Below are positions 19,630 through 32,200 of a DNA stretch of 64,000 nt, one piece after another. Under the pieces are notes generated by a model. The model searched no databases and was not told the origin of the DNA. It saw only the letters and a list, made by a program, of their open reading frames with translations. The stretch is from IMG/VR virus record IMGVR_UViG_3300028888_000069, positions 32,001 through 96,000 of that record; one strand, written 5' to 3'. Position numbers and translations under genes: made by a program. Each line of letters begins with the position of its first letter. Position 1 is the first letter of the stretch. Source of the DNA: a virus. Taxonomy: Duplodnaviria; Caudoviricetes.

Positions 19630-19814
19630 TGGAAAATAGAGGATGTACCGTTAGTTGCCAACCTTCCTTAATATTTTTTATATTTTTAATATTAAAATTA
19701 ACTAACACTATTGATTGGTCTTGGTGGTGGATAACTTGTCCATTATGGATATCGGTCATATTCTATCTTTTATTTATATTATTAGTGTTTATTTATGGAA
19801 AAGGAAAAAAGTGA
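19629..19814 (+). CDS. small membrane protein
   Basis: Two hydrophobic segments flanking LKLTNTIDWSWWWITCPLW. Confidence 0.7.
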   Translation: MENRGCTVSCQPSLIFFIFLILKLTNTIDWSWWWITCPLWISVIFYLLFILLVFIYGKGKK

Positions 19815-20031
19815 ATTAAAACTAACGAAAGAAGAAGAAAAAGCCTTTATGGAAGAATTAAGATTTAATTATTTAAAGATGCACACTCCATGGAAAAGGC
19901 TAGATAAAAAAGTTGGAAGAAATGAGATATGTCCTTATTGTGATTCTGGATTAAAGTATAAAAGATGTGCTTGTTATAATAGAGAAAATAATATAAAATA
20001 TACAATTAATGATAGTAGGAGCAATAAGTGA
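19795..20031 (+). CDS. SEC-C motif protein
   Basis: KVGRNEICPYCDSGLKYKRCAC. Confidence 0.75.
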   Translation: MEKEKSELKLTKEEEKAFMEELRFNYLKMHTPWKRLDKKVGRNEICPYCDSGLKYKRCACYNRENNIKYTINDSRSNK

Positions 20032-20692
20032 TTTACATGGACAAATTAGTAATATCCATGTAAAGAAGTGTGATATATTTTGCATATGCGGGGATATAGT
20101 TCCCCTGCGTATGCAAAATCATACTAAAGAATCTTTTAATTGGTTTGAAGAAAAATTTATTCCTTGGTGTCAAAGTATAGAATGTGATCAAGTATATTTA
20201 ATTGGAGGAAATCATGATTTCTTCATGGAAAATAATAAATCAAGAGTAAATAAATGTTTATTAGGAAGTAAAATAACGTATTTAGAAAATGAAGGAACAG
20301 AATATTTAGATTCAGAAACTGGCAAAGTATATAAAATATGGGGTTCTCCACTCTGTCATACTTTTGGCTACTGGGCTTTTATGCATAGTCCAGAATATGA
20401 AAAAGAACAGTTTGAAAAAATGCCAAATGATTTAGATATACTATTGACACATGATGCTGCTTTTGGTCATAGTGATATATGTTTAGAAAACCCTCTTCCA
20501 GGAAATATAGGAAACAGGGAATTAAAGTCTGTAATATCTAAACGTAAACCTCGTTATCATTTATTTGGACATTTACATACTGCAGATCACAATTTAATAA
20601 ATTATGATGGAACTCTTACTGCTTGTGTAAGTGCTTTAAACGAACATTATCAATGTGTATTTAAACCTTTATATATTGAAACTGAATTTTAG
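20009..20692 (+). CDS. calcineurin-like metallophosphoesterase (ends at TAG; extends to 20704 under code 15)
   Basis: ISDLHG, CGDI, GNHD, LTH and FGHLH motifs. Confidence 0.88.
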   Translation: MIVGAISDLHGQISNIHVKKCDIFCICGDIVPLRMQNHTKESFNWFEEKFIPWCQSIECDQVYLIGGNHDFFMENNKSRVNKCLLGSKITYLENEGTEYLDSETGKVYKIWGSPLCHTFGYWAFMHSPEYEKEQFEKMPNDLDILLTHDAAFGHSDICLENPLPGNIGNRELKSVISKRKPRYHLFGHLHTADHNLINYDGTLTACVSALNEHYQCVFKPLYIETEF

Positions 20693-20794
20693 CTGGAGAC
20701 TTAAAAAATTTTCAGATGGACATTTGTTCATATTTAAATATAAAACCTCTCCATCACTTTACTAAGGCTCTAAAAATTTAAATTTTTTTCAATT

Positions 20795-20941
20795 ATGACT
20801 TGCAAAGATTCTCAAACAGGTGAAATATTTAAATATTCTTTTTTGAATGAAGATGTAGTAGAATTAAAAAATAAAGATAAAACCTTTAAAATTTTATATA
20901 AAGATTGGCTAAAAAGGTATTTTATTTTAAATAAATTATAA
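20795..20941 (+). CDS. small hypothetical protein (48 aa, not in ORF track)
   Basis: MTCKDSQTGEIFKYSF...FILNKL*, ending 4 nt before the next ATG. Confidence 0.45.
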   Translation: MTCKDSQTGEIFKYSFLNEDVVELKNKDKTFKILYKDWLKRYFILNKL

Positions 20942-20945
20942 TAAA

Positions 20946-21206
20946 ATGTATAGACTTGTTGAATGGGAAGGAAACAAATATAAAGTTAGGGATATAACTT
21001 TATTTGAAGGAACTGATGAAGAAGTAAAAATATCAGTTTCTTTAGAAGCTTTATATGATAAACTTAAACCTTATCTAGAAGATGTTGAAAATGAAAAATG
21101 GTATGAAGCTTCTTGTTTAGACGATGATATAGGATATTATGTTCCAGATAACGTAATTGATTCTTACGATTTAGTAAAATATGTTGAAAGAGAATATTTC
21201 GGTTAA
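20946..21206 (+). CDS. hypothetical protein
   Basis: 86 aa acidic ORF. Confidence 0.6.
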   Translation: MYRLVEWEGNKYKVRDITLFEGTDEEVKISVSLEALYDKLKPYLEDVENEKWYEASCLDDDIGYYVPDNVIDSYDLVKYVEREYFG

Positions 21207-21723
21207 TCATCCTCCTCACTATACATCTGATCCTTCTGGTATTGAATGTATTGATATAGTCAAATATAGGGATTTTTGTATAGGTAATGCCATTAAATAT
21301 TTATGGAGAGCAGGATTAAAAAAAGATTCTTCTATAAGTGATAAAGAAAAAGAAATAGAAGATTTAGAAAAAGCTATTTGGTATATTAATAAAAAAATAG
21401 AAATGCTGAAAAAAGAAAATGCAAGAAATGTTCTATCTGCTTTGTTAGCATATACTGATGAAAAGAATCCTATGAATGTAGATATTGTTTTAGAAACATC
21501 TGAAGATATGGGATTGTCTACATTACAAAAACCTCATGTAATTAAAGTATTCCAAGATCCTAAAGAAGGAATAATGTGGATGCTTTTTGAAGGTGCTGAT
21601 GATTATATAAAAATAGAAGAAGATGATGAAATGGAACAGATAATAAATTATATAAATAATAGTTATCCTATTTCTACAGAAACAAATAAAATAATAAATA
21701 ATTATTATACAACTTTTAACTAA
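21181..21723 (+). CDS. DUF3310 (SaV-like) protein with C-terminal extension
   Basis: VNHPPHY, IECID, FCIGNAIKYLWRAGLK, EDLEKAIWY. Confidence 0.8.
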   Translation: MLKENISVNHPPHYTSDPSGIECIDIVKYRDFCIGNAIKYLWRAGLKKDSSISDKEKEIEDLEKAIWYINKKIEMLKKENARNVLSALLAYTDEKNPMNVDIVLETSEDMGLSTLQKPHVIKVFQDPKEGIMWMLFEGADDYIKIEEDDEMEQIINYINNSYPISTETNKIINNYYTTFN

Positions 21724-21730
21724 AACAATA

Positions 21731-21775
21731 AAGGGGAAGGTCTCGTCAAACGAGATCTTCCCCTTATTTTTTTTT
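21731..21775. terminator. terminator between the convergent early and late blocks (probably bidirectional)
   Basis: AAGGGGAAGGTCTCGT-CAA-ACGAGATCTTCCCCTT (16-bp stem), T9 run on + and A-rich left flank. Confidence 0.88.
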
Positions 21776-24700
21776 ATACTCTTTCCGCATATTTAATCGT
21801 TTCTCTAAATGATCTTGCAAATGCAAAGTTACTAGATAAGAATTGATTGAAAGATTGTTCTCCTACTAGTGTTTTATAACTAGTCTATAAAAATCTTTTT
21901 GGAACTTTTAATAAAGGAGTAGAAGAATCTTCTAATCTCCAAAATAAATTAAATACTCCATATAAAGAATCGGTTGCCGCTTCAAATGGTCTATAAGCTA
22001 ATTCCATTAAGCCTTGACCTATTATAGAAGAACCTTCTTTCTATTTTTTAAAATCTTTATAAGCAGGAGAAAGTGCATATTTAAATAATAAAGCTAATAA
22101 AGCACCAAGTGCTAAAGTTATTCCAAGTTGATTTAAACTGGATTTAGCTATTTCATCAGCATTAACGTAGTCATATGCTTCTTTCCATCCCTTTTTACCT
22201 AATATTTTTACTGCATTCTTTAATGTATATATAGCCCCTTGAGCAATTGCTGGGACATGTTCCATGACTTTATCTAAGCCTTTAGGATCTACTTCTGTGT
22301 TTTCGTCTTTCATATATTTTTTATTTCCTTTTTCATCGATAATTTCTGTTATTATTTGTCCGTCTTTATCCATATAAAGAAAATTACCGTTTTCATCCTA
22401 GGCCTATTGTTCAGCCATTTTAAATATATTGTACTAACCAGGCTTCATAAACCAGTTGTTATATATACCGTTCATCCATGTAGTAAACATACCAAATGTC
22501 CATCCAGCAGCCAGAAATTCGTATCTAGCTTTAAGAGATTTATCATAAGAACCATATATATTATCAGCTAAAGCTTTTATATTAACTATATCCTAATTAG
22601 AGTATGGAGTAGGAAGGTCAATATTATCGCTGTTTATATCTATTTGTTCATTAATATTAGGGTGGTCTCTATTCCATTTTCTTACTTGTTCTAAAAAAGC
22701 CTATTTCTATTTCTAATACTAAGGATGTTTTTTGTCTCCAGATGCATAAATAGAGAATCTTTTATCTTTTTTCCAGTCATATTTAAGAGTCTCAACCTCT
22801 ATTCCATTTTCGTCTTTAATTTTTTCTATAAACCAAGCAGAATTTTTTGGATCATCCAAATCTATTATTCCATCCTATGCTGCTCTTGCTATAAATAAGG
22901 TCATTCTATTTAAGAAATCAGGAGCACGAAGAGTACCGTAGGCTATATTATCCCAGTTAGATAAACCCTATCTATTTGTTTTTAATCTTTCAGATATACG
23001 AGCTGTATCTGTATTAGAAAGACGATACTTTAGACATAACTTACTTAAAAGAGTGGTTTTAAGGGCATCAAAGGAGCCATTTCTTACTACATAAGTATAT
23101 GCTTTAGAAAGAGTAAGTGCATTTATATCAGTCATATAATGAGAAGCGGTTCTTACAAAATTTTCCATAAGACCATTTTCTATATCTCTAAATGCTGCAA
23201 TGGCATTACCTCCAAGCAACATTAATACAGTAGACTTTTTTACTCCGGCAAATGCTCCCATTAATTTCTAAGAAGTTTCACCAGCTATAGAACCTTGAAA
23301 AACATTTAACTTTATATAGTCTTTTATATAATCTATTTCTCTCTATATCCATTCACTAGACTTCCCACCAGAATCATCTCCCATTATCTATAACTATGTT
23401 AATATAGCACGAGTTCCAACAAGCATTTTATTCATCTTTTCAACATGAATTTTTCTAAACATTCTGTCTACTAAAAGACTCGCTACATTCGTTTCAAAAT
23501 AATCGGAGCCTAGTTCTTTTTCTGAAGCTAAATATTCTTCTCTTTCTTCTTTGGTTAAATCAAAAGGGTCTCTTAATTTTAAACTTTCCATAGATGAATC
23601 TAAATTATAGAAATTTTCCCTCTCATATTTAGATAAAGCATTTATTCCTTCGTCCATCCATCTATTTTTGTCTTTAATAATTTTATATAATCTTCTAGCT
23701 CCTCTTTTCCATTTATCAAATATATTCTACTGTCTTCTAGTAGAACTAGAAGCTCTTTCTAATGGGACCCATAAATAATCTTTATGTCCTTTTATGTAAT
23801 CAGCAATTTTTTGATCATCTACAGACACGCCTTTAAACTGCCAATTATCTTTATATTTATACTTATTAAAATAGTATAAAGCTTTCTTTAAGAACTTTCT
23901 TTCTGCTGCATCTAACGATGTATCGGTGTAAGGATTTTTAAAAAACATTGTTTTCTTTCCTTTAGCATCTCTTTCGTACAGGTTATCAAACAAATGGGTT
24001 TGATTACCGAGAGTCATGTTCTAAAAAGAAGTATAACCTTTTGCTTTTAAAAATTCCATAATGAACCCCTATAAATGATTTGTATGTTCTTTTTCTACAT
24101 CTTCTGCAATAGAGTCTATTGTGATTCTTAAATTATCCACTACTAATCCTATATTTGCATTTGGTATAGTAAAAGAAGTAAACATATTTTTATCAAGGTC
24201 CGTTAATTTTCTTTCATACCCTAAAGTCTCATTTGAATAATATAAATAAGCTTTAGAAATCATATCATATAAATGTGCTACTGTTTTATGTGCTTTATTT
24301 AAGCTGTTTAAATTTTCTGGTATATGCTGAATTATATCAGATATTTTATCATCATTTTCTAATTTCTACATTAGCCCAAATAAAGCGGCTCTTTTTTCTT
24401 CTCTTGTTTTGAGGTCTATTTGTCTAATATTTTCTATTTCTTGCCCATATGTATTCTCTACTGTTACTTTTGAATACATATCATAATCTTCCATTATAAA
24501 ATCATATTCATCAAGAACAGAAGTTAATAAATCTTCATACTAAGCCTTTCCAAAATTATTTTTAATTTGAGCTGTTGGATTATATTGTTTAACTAATTTA
24601 ATAATCTAATTAAATTTAGTTTCTACAAGATCTTGAATATGATAATTTCTACTATTTCTTTGTCTACTTATAATTTTTAAATTACCTAATTTGGTATCTT

Positions 24701-26501
24701 TAATATTATCAAGCGTTGTATTTAATATACATAAAGCTCTTACGGCTTCTACATTTCCATAATCGCCTTTCCATAAAAACTTATTATTATGAACATATCC
24801 TCCTAATATATTATCCCCATAATCATATTGAGGAACCTAATCAAGATTTTTATCAGATAATACTACAACATCAATTATATCATCTTTTTGAAAAACTAAA
24901 ATTCCGTATTGTGCCCATCCGTCATGCATAGTCCATTTATAATTAACACGGGTTACTCCCTTTTCATCCTGTTCCATATCCCCCTCAAAATATTTACTTA
25001 ATTGTTGTTTTATATAAGTTTCGTTTTTTACTCCAAGAGGGGCAAAAGGATTTCTAATTTTATATATTTTTCTTAAAGAATCAACTACTGATGATACATA
25101 TTCATCCTGACCTTCATTCAATTCTACTATATGATCTTTTACTAAATCTATTATTTCTGTATTTCTAGTTTTTTCTGTTTTATCTTTTATTATATGTTCT
25201 TTTCCTTCTATATATACTACATATCTATAATCATCATTATTAGGAAATTCAATTATTTTCAAAGGAACAGTAGAATCACCTGTCTATGGGGCCTTCTATA
25301 TAAGATCTAAAGCAGATTTCATAATTCTGGTACTTTCTACCTATAAAGTAGGAAATATTAAATCCAACATTTTATCAGATTCTATAAACTGTCTAGCAGT
25401 TATACTTTCTACATTTTTAGAGGCCTCTATAAAGTGTTTTGCCTTATTATAACATTTTAAAGAAAGTTCTCCTTTATTTTCTCTATTTCTTTCTAATTCT
25501 ATTAGAGACGGTGCATTTATTTGCCTTATAGAAGAACTATCAAAAGATCCGTCTTTATTCTTGTGAAACTCTATATGTAATGGAATATTATATACTATTG
25601 TATCTTTAACATCTATTCCATTATTCTACAACATTCTAATTAGAAGAGCTACTTCTTGTTTATATTTTAATTGTTTTTCAAAAGACCAATCTGCTCTATT
25701 CTAAGAGGAAACTTTATAATTATAAATTCGTAATTGACCTAAATCTGTTATTACAGCATAATCTATATGAGTAAAGAGTTTTTGGCTTTCATTATCTTTT
25801 AAATTGGATAATAAATTTATATTTCTAACACACATAGAATTAGGAAAAGATCCTTTTATATTTATATAATTATTATCCAATATATCAAATAACATTTCTA
25901 GGGTTTTATATCTTCCTCCTGTTTTTTCTTTTAAAACATCTGGCAAATCATTCATATCTAAAGCTTGTTTAATAAATTTTGCTTTTAATTCTGTTTTATC
26001 TCCTTCTACTCCAATATATTTACTTATAGCCATTCTATGGATAAAAGGAGAAATTGCCACTACTGCTTTTTTTGCTTCTAGATTTTGGTCTACTATTTCT
26101 GTTGCTTTTTCTAACGGAATATCTTTTTTAGTTAATTTATCGATTTCTTTTTCTCTATATTCTTCTAAATTAATTGGCTCCAAAACAGGGACTCCATTTA
26201 TTGTTGCTAGTCCACTATAATCCAAGAAATAAGATAAAGACATTGCATCTCCTAACTCTTCCTAAGAATCTTCATCTATATAAGAATTAGAAGTCATTTT
26301 AGATCTTTTTGATACTTTAGATTTATTAGCCTCCTTTATTTTTTCCAAAGCAGATTTTTTAACCATCTGGGGATCATCATCTAAAGAATATATAAAATCC
26401 GTTCCGTTCCATTTTAAATTCTATAAAGCATTTTTTAATTCGGAAAGAGTATAAGTTCCCTTTTCTAATAAATCTCCTCTATATGTGTATGTACAATCCA
26501 T
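21774..26501 (-). CDS. large virion/ejected protein (~1575 aa, TAG=Gln) with degenerate PD-(D/E)xK-like domain and C-terminal hydrophobic helix
   Basis: Seven track fragments share one frame and break at TAG. Starts MDCTYTY, ends KYAERV-TAA. HIDYAV...IYNYKVS and LGITLALGALLALLF. Confidence 0.8.
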
Positions 26502-26503
26502 AA

Positions 26504-29290
26504 TTAACAATTTTCTTCTAATATTGGTTTTTTATCTTTATCTTTTTTACCCATTTGCTCTTTCATCCAGTTTATTTTTCTTCTGTCCACCTTTAAATTA
26601 TCCAAACTAGTTTCTTCATTATCTCCAAACATTTTTTTATTATTCTACAAATAAGCTGCTATATCGTGATTAAAATTAACTAGTACCTCAAATAAAGACA
26701 TTTTTTGTAAACTTTCTATACTTTCTGTAGTTAAAGAAAGTTCTTTATCTTCTTTCATATTTGGAGTAAAAAGTTTATAGGTTTCTATTAATTCTGGATT
26801 TAAAAAGTCATTAAGATTTCCTCTGTTTTTAAGGACAGATTCAGTAAATCTATCAACAAAAAACTCTTCTAATATAAGTTCCATTGGGTAATTTTGATGC
26901 TATTTTAAAAAGAGTTCTTTTTTGTTCTTATTTCCTTTATCCCATACCGTAGATAATAAAGTATTATATGAATCAGGATTTATTAACTTTAACATACCCA
27001 ATATTAAATGAACATATTCATGGTACATATCAGAAGAAAGAGCTCTAGATACATTAATATATATTCTAGTTCCTTCTCCATTTCCTAAAATATCTTGAGA
27101 AGAGATAAAAGCCTTGGCCCTTTCATCTATTTGCATAGAATCCTCTTTTCCCTAATTATAATTTTCTATATCTTCTTGGGTAATGATTGAAATAGGTATA
27201 TCAATACCTTTTTTCTTTAAAGATTCAGCAGCGGCTTTCCATAACTAAACTATAGGATAAGTTCGGTCTCCTTTTTTATATTCTTCTAATATTTTCTTAT
27301 CTTTTATTGGAATAATATAAGCATTGCCTCCGCTAACTTTATGAATTAAATATTGTCTTAATCCTGCTTTATTTATATCATAAGCTATTCCTAATATAAT
27401 ATTTGCATTCTATTCTTTATGTTCTTCTTTATCATCAAGGCCTGTATAATTCTCATTACCTTCATATTTTACAAGTTTTGGATTAAATAATTGAGATATA
27501 AATAAAGCCACTTTTTTAGGAGAATCTAAATTATATAATACTGTTTCTATTTGATCGTCATTTAAATATTGTCTTAATTCATTTTCTTGACTTCTCATAA
27601 AAATTTTAAATTCATCCATTGTAGCATCGCCAAAAATAAAATTAGCCCATACAGTACCATAAATTTTTTTCTATATATTTCTTGGAACATTATAATCTAT
27701 TACAGATATAATAGTTCCTTCTGGAATATATTTAGTTAGACGAACCCATCTTTCTCCTTCATCATCTGAATAAAAATTGCCATTATCATCCTAATTTCTC
27801 TAATTAAATCTGTATTGAGAATTACTACTTATAACCTAATTTCTATTGTCTATAAATAATTTTGCTTCTAATATCGAATTAAATTTTTGTGTCCACTAAT
27901 TTTCAGTAGCATAATTTTCAAAAACAAAATAAGATCCTTTTATTTCCTATATAAACATATCTTTATAATAAGTATAATTAGGAAGATTTATGACATCATT
28001 AAATCCATACCCATAAGAAGATTGAAGTGTTGGAAAAAAAGATTTAAATACAAGATAATTTCCTTCTGACTTTGTTTTCTTAGCAAAATTCTAATCCCTA
28101 TTTTTTAGAAATTCAAATAAAATTTCCCACCTAGTTCCAATATATTTTTTATTCTAATCACTTATATCTTTACTATCATCAAATTTGGGATTTAAATACC
28201 TAGATTGCTCTGCTTTAAAAAATGTCTAAAATAGATTTATAAAATTATTATCATCATTAATATCTTCATTAAAAAATGCTACAAAATTTTTATAAGAAAA
28301 TTTACCTTTTTCGAAAAATAAATCCTTTACAGTTTTTTCTGACCATCCAAATATCTTCTAAAGATTTTCAATTATTTCTGAATCCTTAGGAAAAGAGTCT
28401 TTTAATAATCCATTATTCAGTATTATATTTACAAAATTTTTCTTAGATATTTTTCCAGTATCATATCTACTATACTAAATAGAATCATTTAATGCACTTA
28501 ATATTGGATCTTTAAATGTAGCAACACTTTTATATCCATCTATTATATGAGAACACAGAGTATCTAAAGCTCTAAATAAAGATATAGTTTCTTCTACCTC
28601 TTCTCCATCAGGTGTTTTATATTTTACAGCCACTACATCTTTATTTTGTCTATATTTACTTCTTCTATTCTAGAAATCTATTAAGAGATTTATTTCATTT
28701 TTTATAGGCCCGGAATAAGAATTTTTTACTGCTTCTAATAATGCAGCATCTTCATTAGTTTCATCACTTCTAATATCATCTAATATTCCCTATTCTTCTA
28801 TTTTAATTCTAGAAGTTAAATAGTTAGCTAAAACCCTTAAATGTTTTATATCAGAATCAATTAATATAATTTCTTCGCCCTTTGAATTATATGTAATACC
28901 ATAAACAGGCTATCCATATTTTGGAGTATATTTACTAACTAACTAAATTTTATATTTAGATAAATCTGTTTTTGGAAATTTTATATTTGGAAATTTTAAT
29001 TTTAATTCCTCCCCATTATAATTGGGAATTGCATAAGCAGTAATATTAGTTATTACTTTCTTTTTATCTACTTTACTTTCTTCAGAGCGGCTTAAATAAG
29101 CGTCTTGTCTAAGTTCAGAACTTTTTTCTCCTATTTTTAATTTACTTTCAATAGCTTCTTTTATTTGAGGCCATTGTTCACTTTGTAAAAGAAAATTCAA
29201 TAGTTCTTCCTAGTTAGAAACTAAGGAATCAGGGGAGATATCAATTTTTATCTCCTCTGTTCCTATGTTTAAATAAATAGTACACTTCAT
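26504..29290 (-). CDS. zincin-like metallopeptidase-domain virion protein (~928 aa, TAG=Gln)
   Basis: Co-framed fragments. Starts MKCTIY, ends EENC-TAA. HEYVH (27008-27022) with downstream LEEFFV. Confidence 0.8.
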
Positions 29291-29296
29291 ATTGTT

Positions 29297-32200
29297 TTAT
29301 ACACAAATCTAACGATAATTAATTGTTCCATCTACCGATAATTTTCTCCATACAGAATTTAATAATGCAATATTATCTTCATTAGCTTCTTTTGTTACAT
29401 TATTTAATGTTTCAGAAATCTGTATAACATAATTTCTATAATCACTTCCATACCCGTATCTATACTAATTCTATCTTCTTGTTTTTAAAATTTCAAAAGA
29501 TTCTCCTGGATTTTCCACCATTAATACAGGTAATGGATCATAATCATTATAAGAACTCCATCTATAATATTCATATCCTCCCATAGGGTCGATAATTTTT
29601 ATCACAGGTTCTTGGTTAGTATGTTCAGTAGAACGTTTTATCGGAGCACTTTCTATTAATATATCCTATAAAGAATAATTTTCCAAATATTTTGTTAATG
29701 ATTTTTCTCTATCTTGTTTATTACTAGGAGTATCCAATTCTCCTAACCATTTATAGTATTTATATAGAAATGATTTATTTACAGACTATCTTCTATCATC
29801 ATTAAGTAAGACATCCTAGAATATAGTAGTTAATCTTTCAGATCCAGCATGGTTAGCATTTACTATAAAATTATATATAATAAATAAATCAGCTATAGAA
29901 GGGCCTTTTTTAGTCAGCCTATAATTAAATAATTTATTTAATCCATCTTTATAATTTTGATATTTATTTCTGTCTTCCTAACTATTTTCTTTTTCCAACA
30001 TGTCTATATTTAATTTATAGAATGGAACTTGCTTATCCTCAACACCTACTAATCCCTGTATAAAAGCATTATCTTTTACAGATATATTTTTATCAGAAGT
30101 ATTAGATATTATAGGTATAGTTCCTCCTTTTAATCCTGGAATTATATATTTTTCAAAAACCATCTTAAAAGTGCACAAATCATGAGCATTTTTTATTACA
30201 AATGGTTTAGAACTTGTCCATTTTTCTTCGAGGAAAGACGGACTTAATACCGTCCAGTTCTTTTCCATATATAACTCTGGTTCCTATTCCTGTAGAAAAT
30301 CTGATATTAACATTTTATCAATAATTCCCTAAAACTTATATTCATAATCAAATGGAGTGCGAGGGAAATATTTTCTCAATTCTTTAGAATATCTCTATAA
30401 TAATCTACTTTTAATAGGTATTTCATTAATAACAAAAACAGCATATCCAGCAACTTTAAACATTGAGCTAAAATGTGGAGTATGATTGAATATATAAAAA
30501 GGATTTAAAGTTATTTTTAAAGGATTATAAAACTATTCAGTCTTCTTTCTATAATTTTCTGAAATAAGCCAATCTAATGTTGTGAAATTTCCATCTATAA
30601 TATCTGAAAAATAGTTTTCAAATTCTTCTACCTCCATTCCATTTCCATATAAATCCTAAATAACTGCTTCATCCCATTCCCCTTCTTTATTTTTTAATTT
30701 AGGTTCAATTTTTGTTATTAAATTCTTTAAAGAATTTTGCCAAGAAACTAAATCTTTATTTACTGCTTTTACACCTTGATTTATTCCTAAGCCTCTTCCT
30801 AAAGCTGAAAATTCATCCGCCCCATTAAGAACCTTCTCAAAGGTATCCAAATCATTTAAATATTGTGTAATAATAGGTATAGAGAAACCTTTTTCATTTC
30901 TAATTAGATTATCTAATTCCTCATTAAATCTTGCCTTTATTGTTGGATGTACTCCCCTAAGACTTGGCACTTTATTCTTTTCTGGATCAATTTTGTTATT
31001 TAAATATTTCCTAATATATGTTATTATATAATTAGCACTTATATTCTAATTGTTTATTATATTAGGATCAGTTATTTTATCTATTAAAGATATTAAAGGA
31101 GAGAACATAAAAGCAGCAATATCCTTTACATCAAATCCAAGGGTCATTAAATATAAATGGCATTTTGCTAATTTAGTTCCAGCATTAATTGCACCTAATA
31201 TTAACTCTTTAGCATTATCGGTTGCAGCAGAGATAACCTAAGAAATTACTCCATCAACAGGAATATCAGGTTTTAAATATTCTCCTTTAACTGTTTTTAA
31301 TAATCTATCCCTTAATTCTTCATTTAAGTCAAAATCAGGTAAAAATTGTATATTGGATTCTTTTTCTATATTACCTGACCATCTTCCTTCTATTCCTTTT
31401 AAGTTCAAATTAAATTTAACTTGATTAAAATCAACTCCCTATTCTAAAGCCTCTAAAACTGCATATCTCCAAATATACTGACCTTTTTGTCCATTAGCTG
31501 ATATACCTGTTACCGCTTTTCCTACCATATTGATCCTCTATAATATAGCCATCATAGCAGGATTAAAAGGACTTAATTTCTCTAATTCCTTTGCTTTTGG
31601 TGCTTTTTTCAAAGTCCCTCTTAATTCCTCTATAGCTACTGGAGAATAAGAAGGAATTAAATTTCCTATTTTTGAACTTATCTTTTGAATACCAGTAGAT
31701 ATAAAATTCTTTAATATCTTATCTCTAATATTAAGAGATTGATCATAATTATCATGTTTTTGTATATCTCCTAATATTGCTTTAGCATCTTCTTCTGGAA
31801 TACTCTAAGAAAATTTTATATTTGTTTTCTTTGATTTGTATAAATCTTTTAGTATTCTTCCTATAACTTTTAATCTACTTATTCTATCATTAATTTCATT
31901 AGAAGTGGTAAGGCTCTTATAACCAATACCTTCAGTTACGATAAAACTATCTTCGTCTTTAATATTTTCATCATTAGTAAATCCAACATTTTTTGCTAAA
32001 GGAAGATATTCATCACTAGCATTTAATGTATCAATAGAAGTATAATCAAATAAATTACTCCATCCTATAAATATACCATTGTCATCAAATTCAAATCCCA
32101 TCATATAAGACTTATCAATATCATAGTCAGATCCCTATAAAAAGGCCTACCAGTGAGAAACCGCACACTAGTTAGTACTTGAACCATTAAATCCTATACA

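Noticed and set aside
3394-19759. Minus-strand or alternate-frame ORFs in the early block (e.g. 3394-3621, 7254-7439, 8711-8935, 11235-11555, 12385-12774)
   Set aside because: They overlap well-supported genes and have no recognisable motifs.
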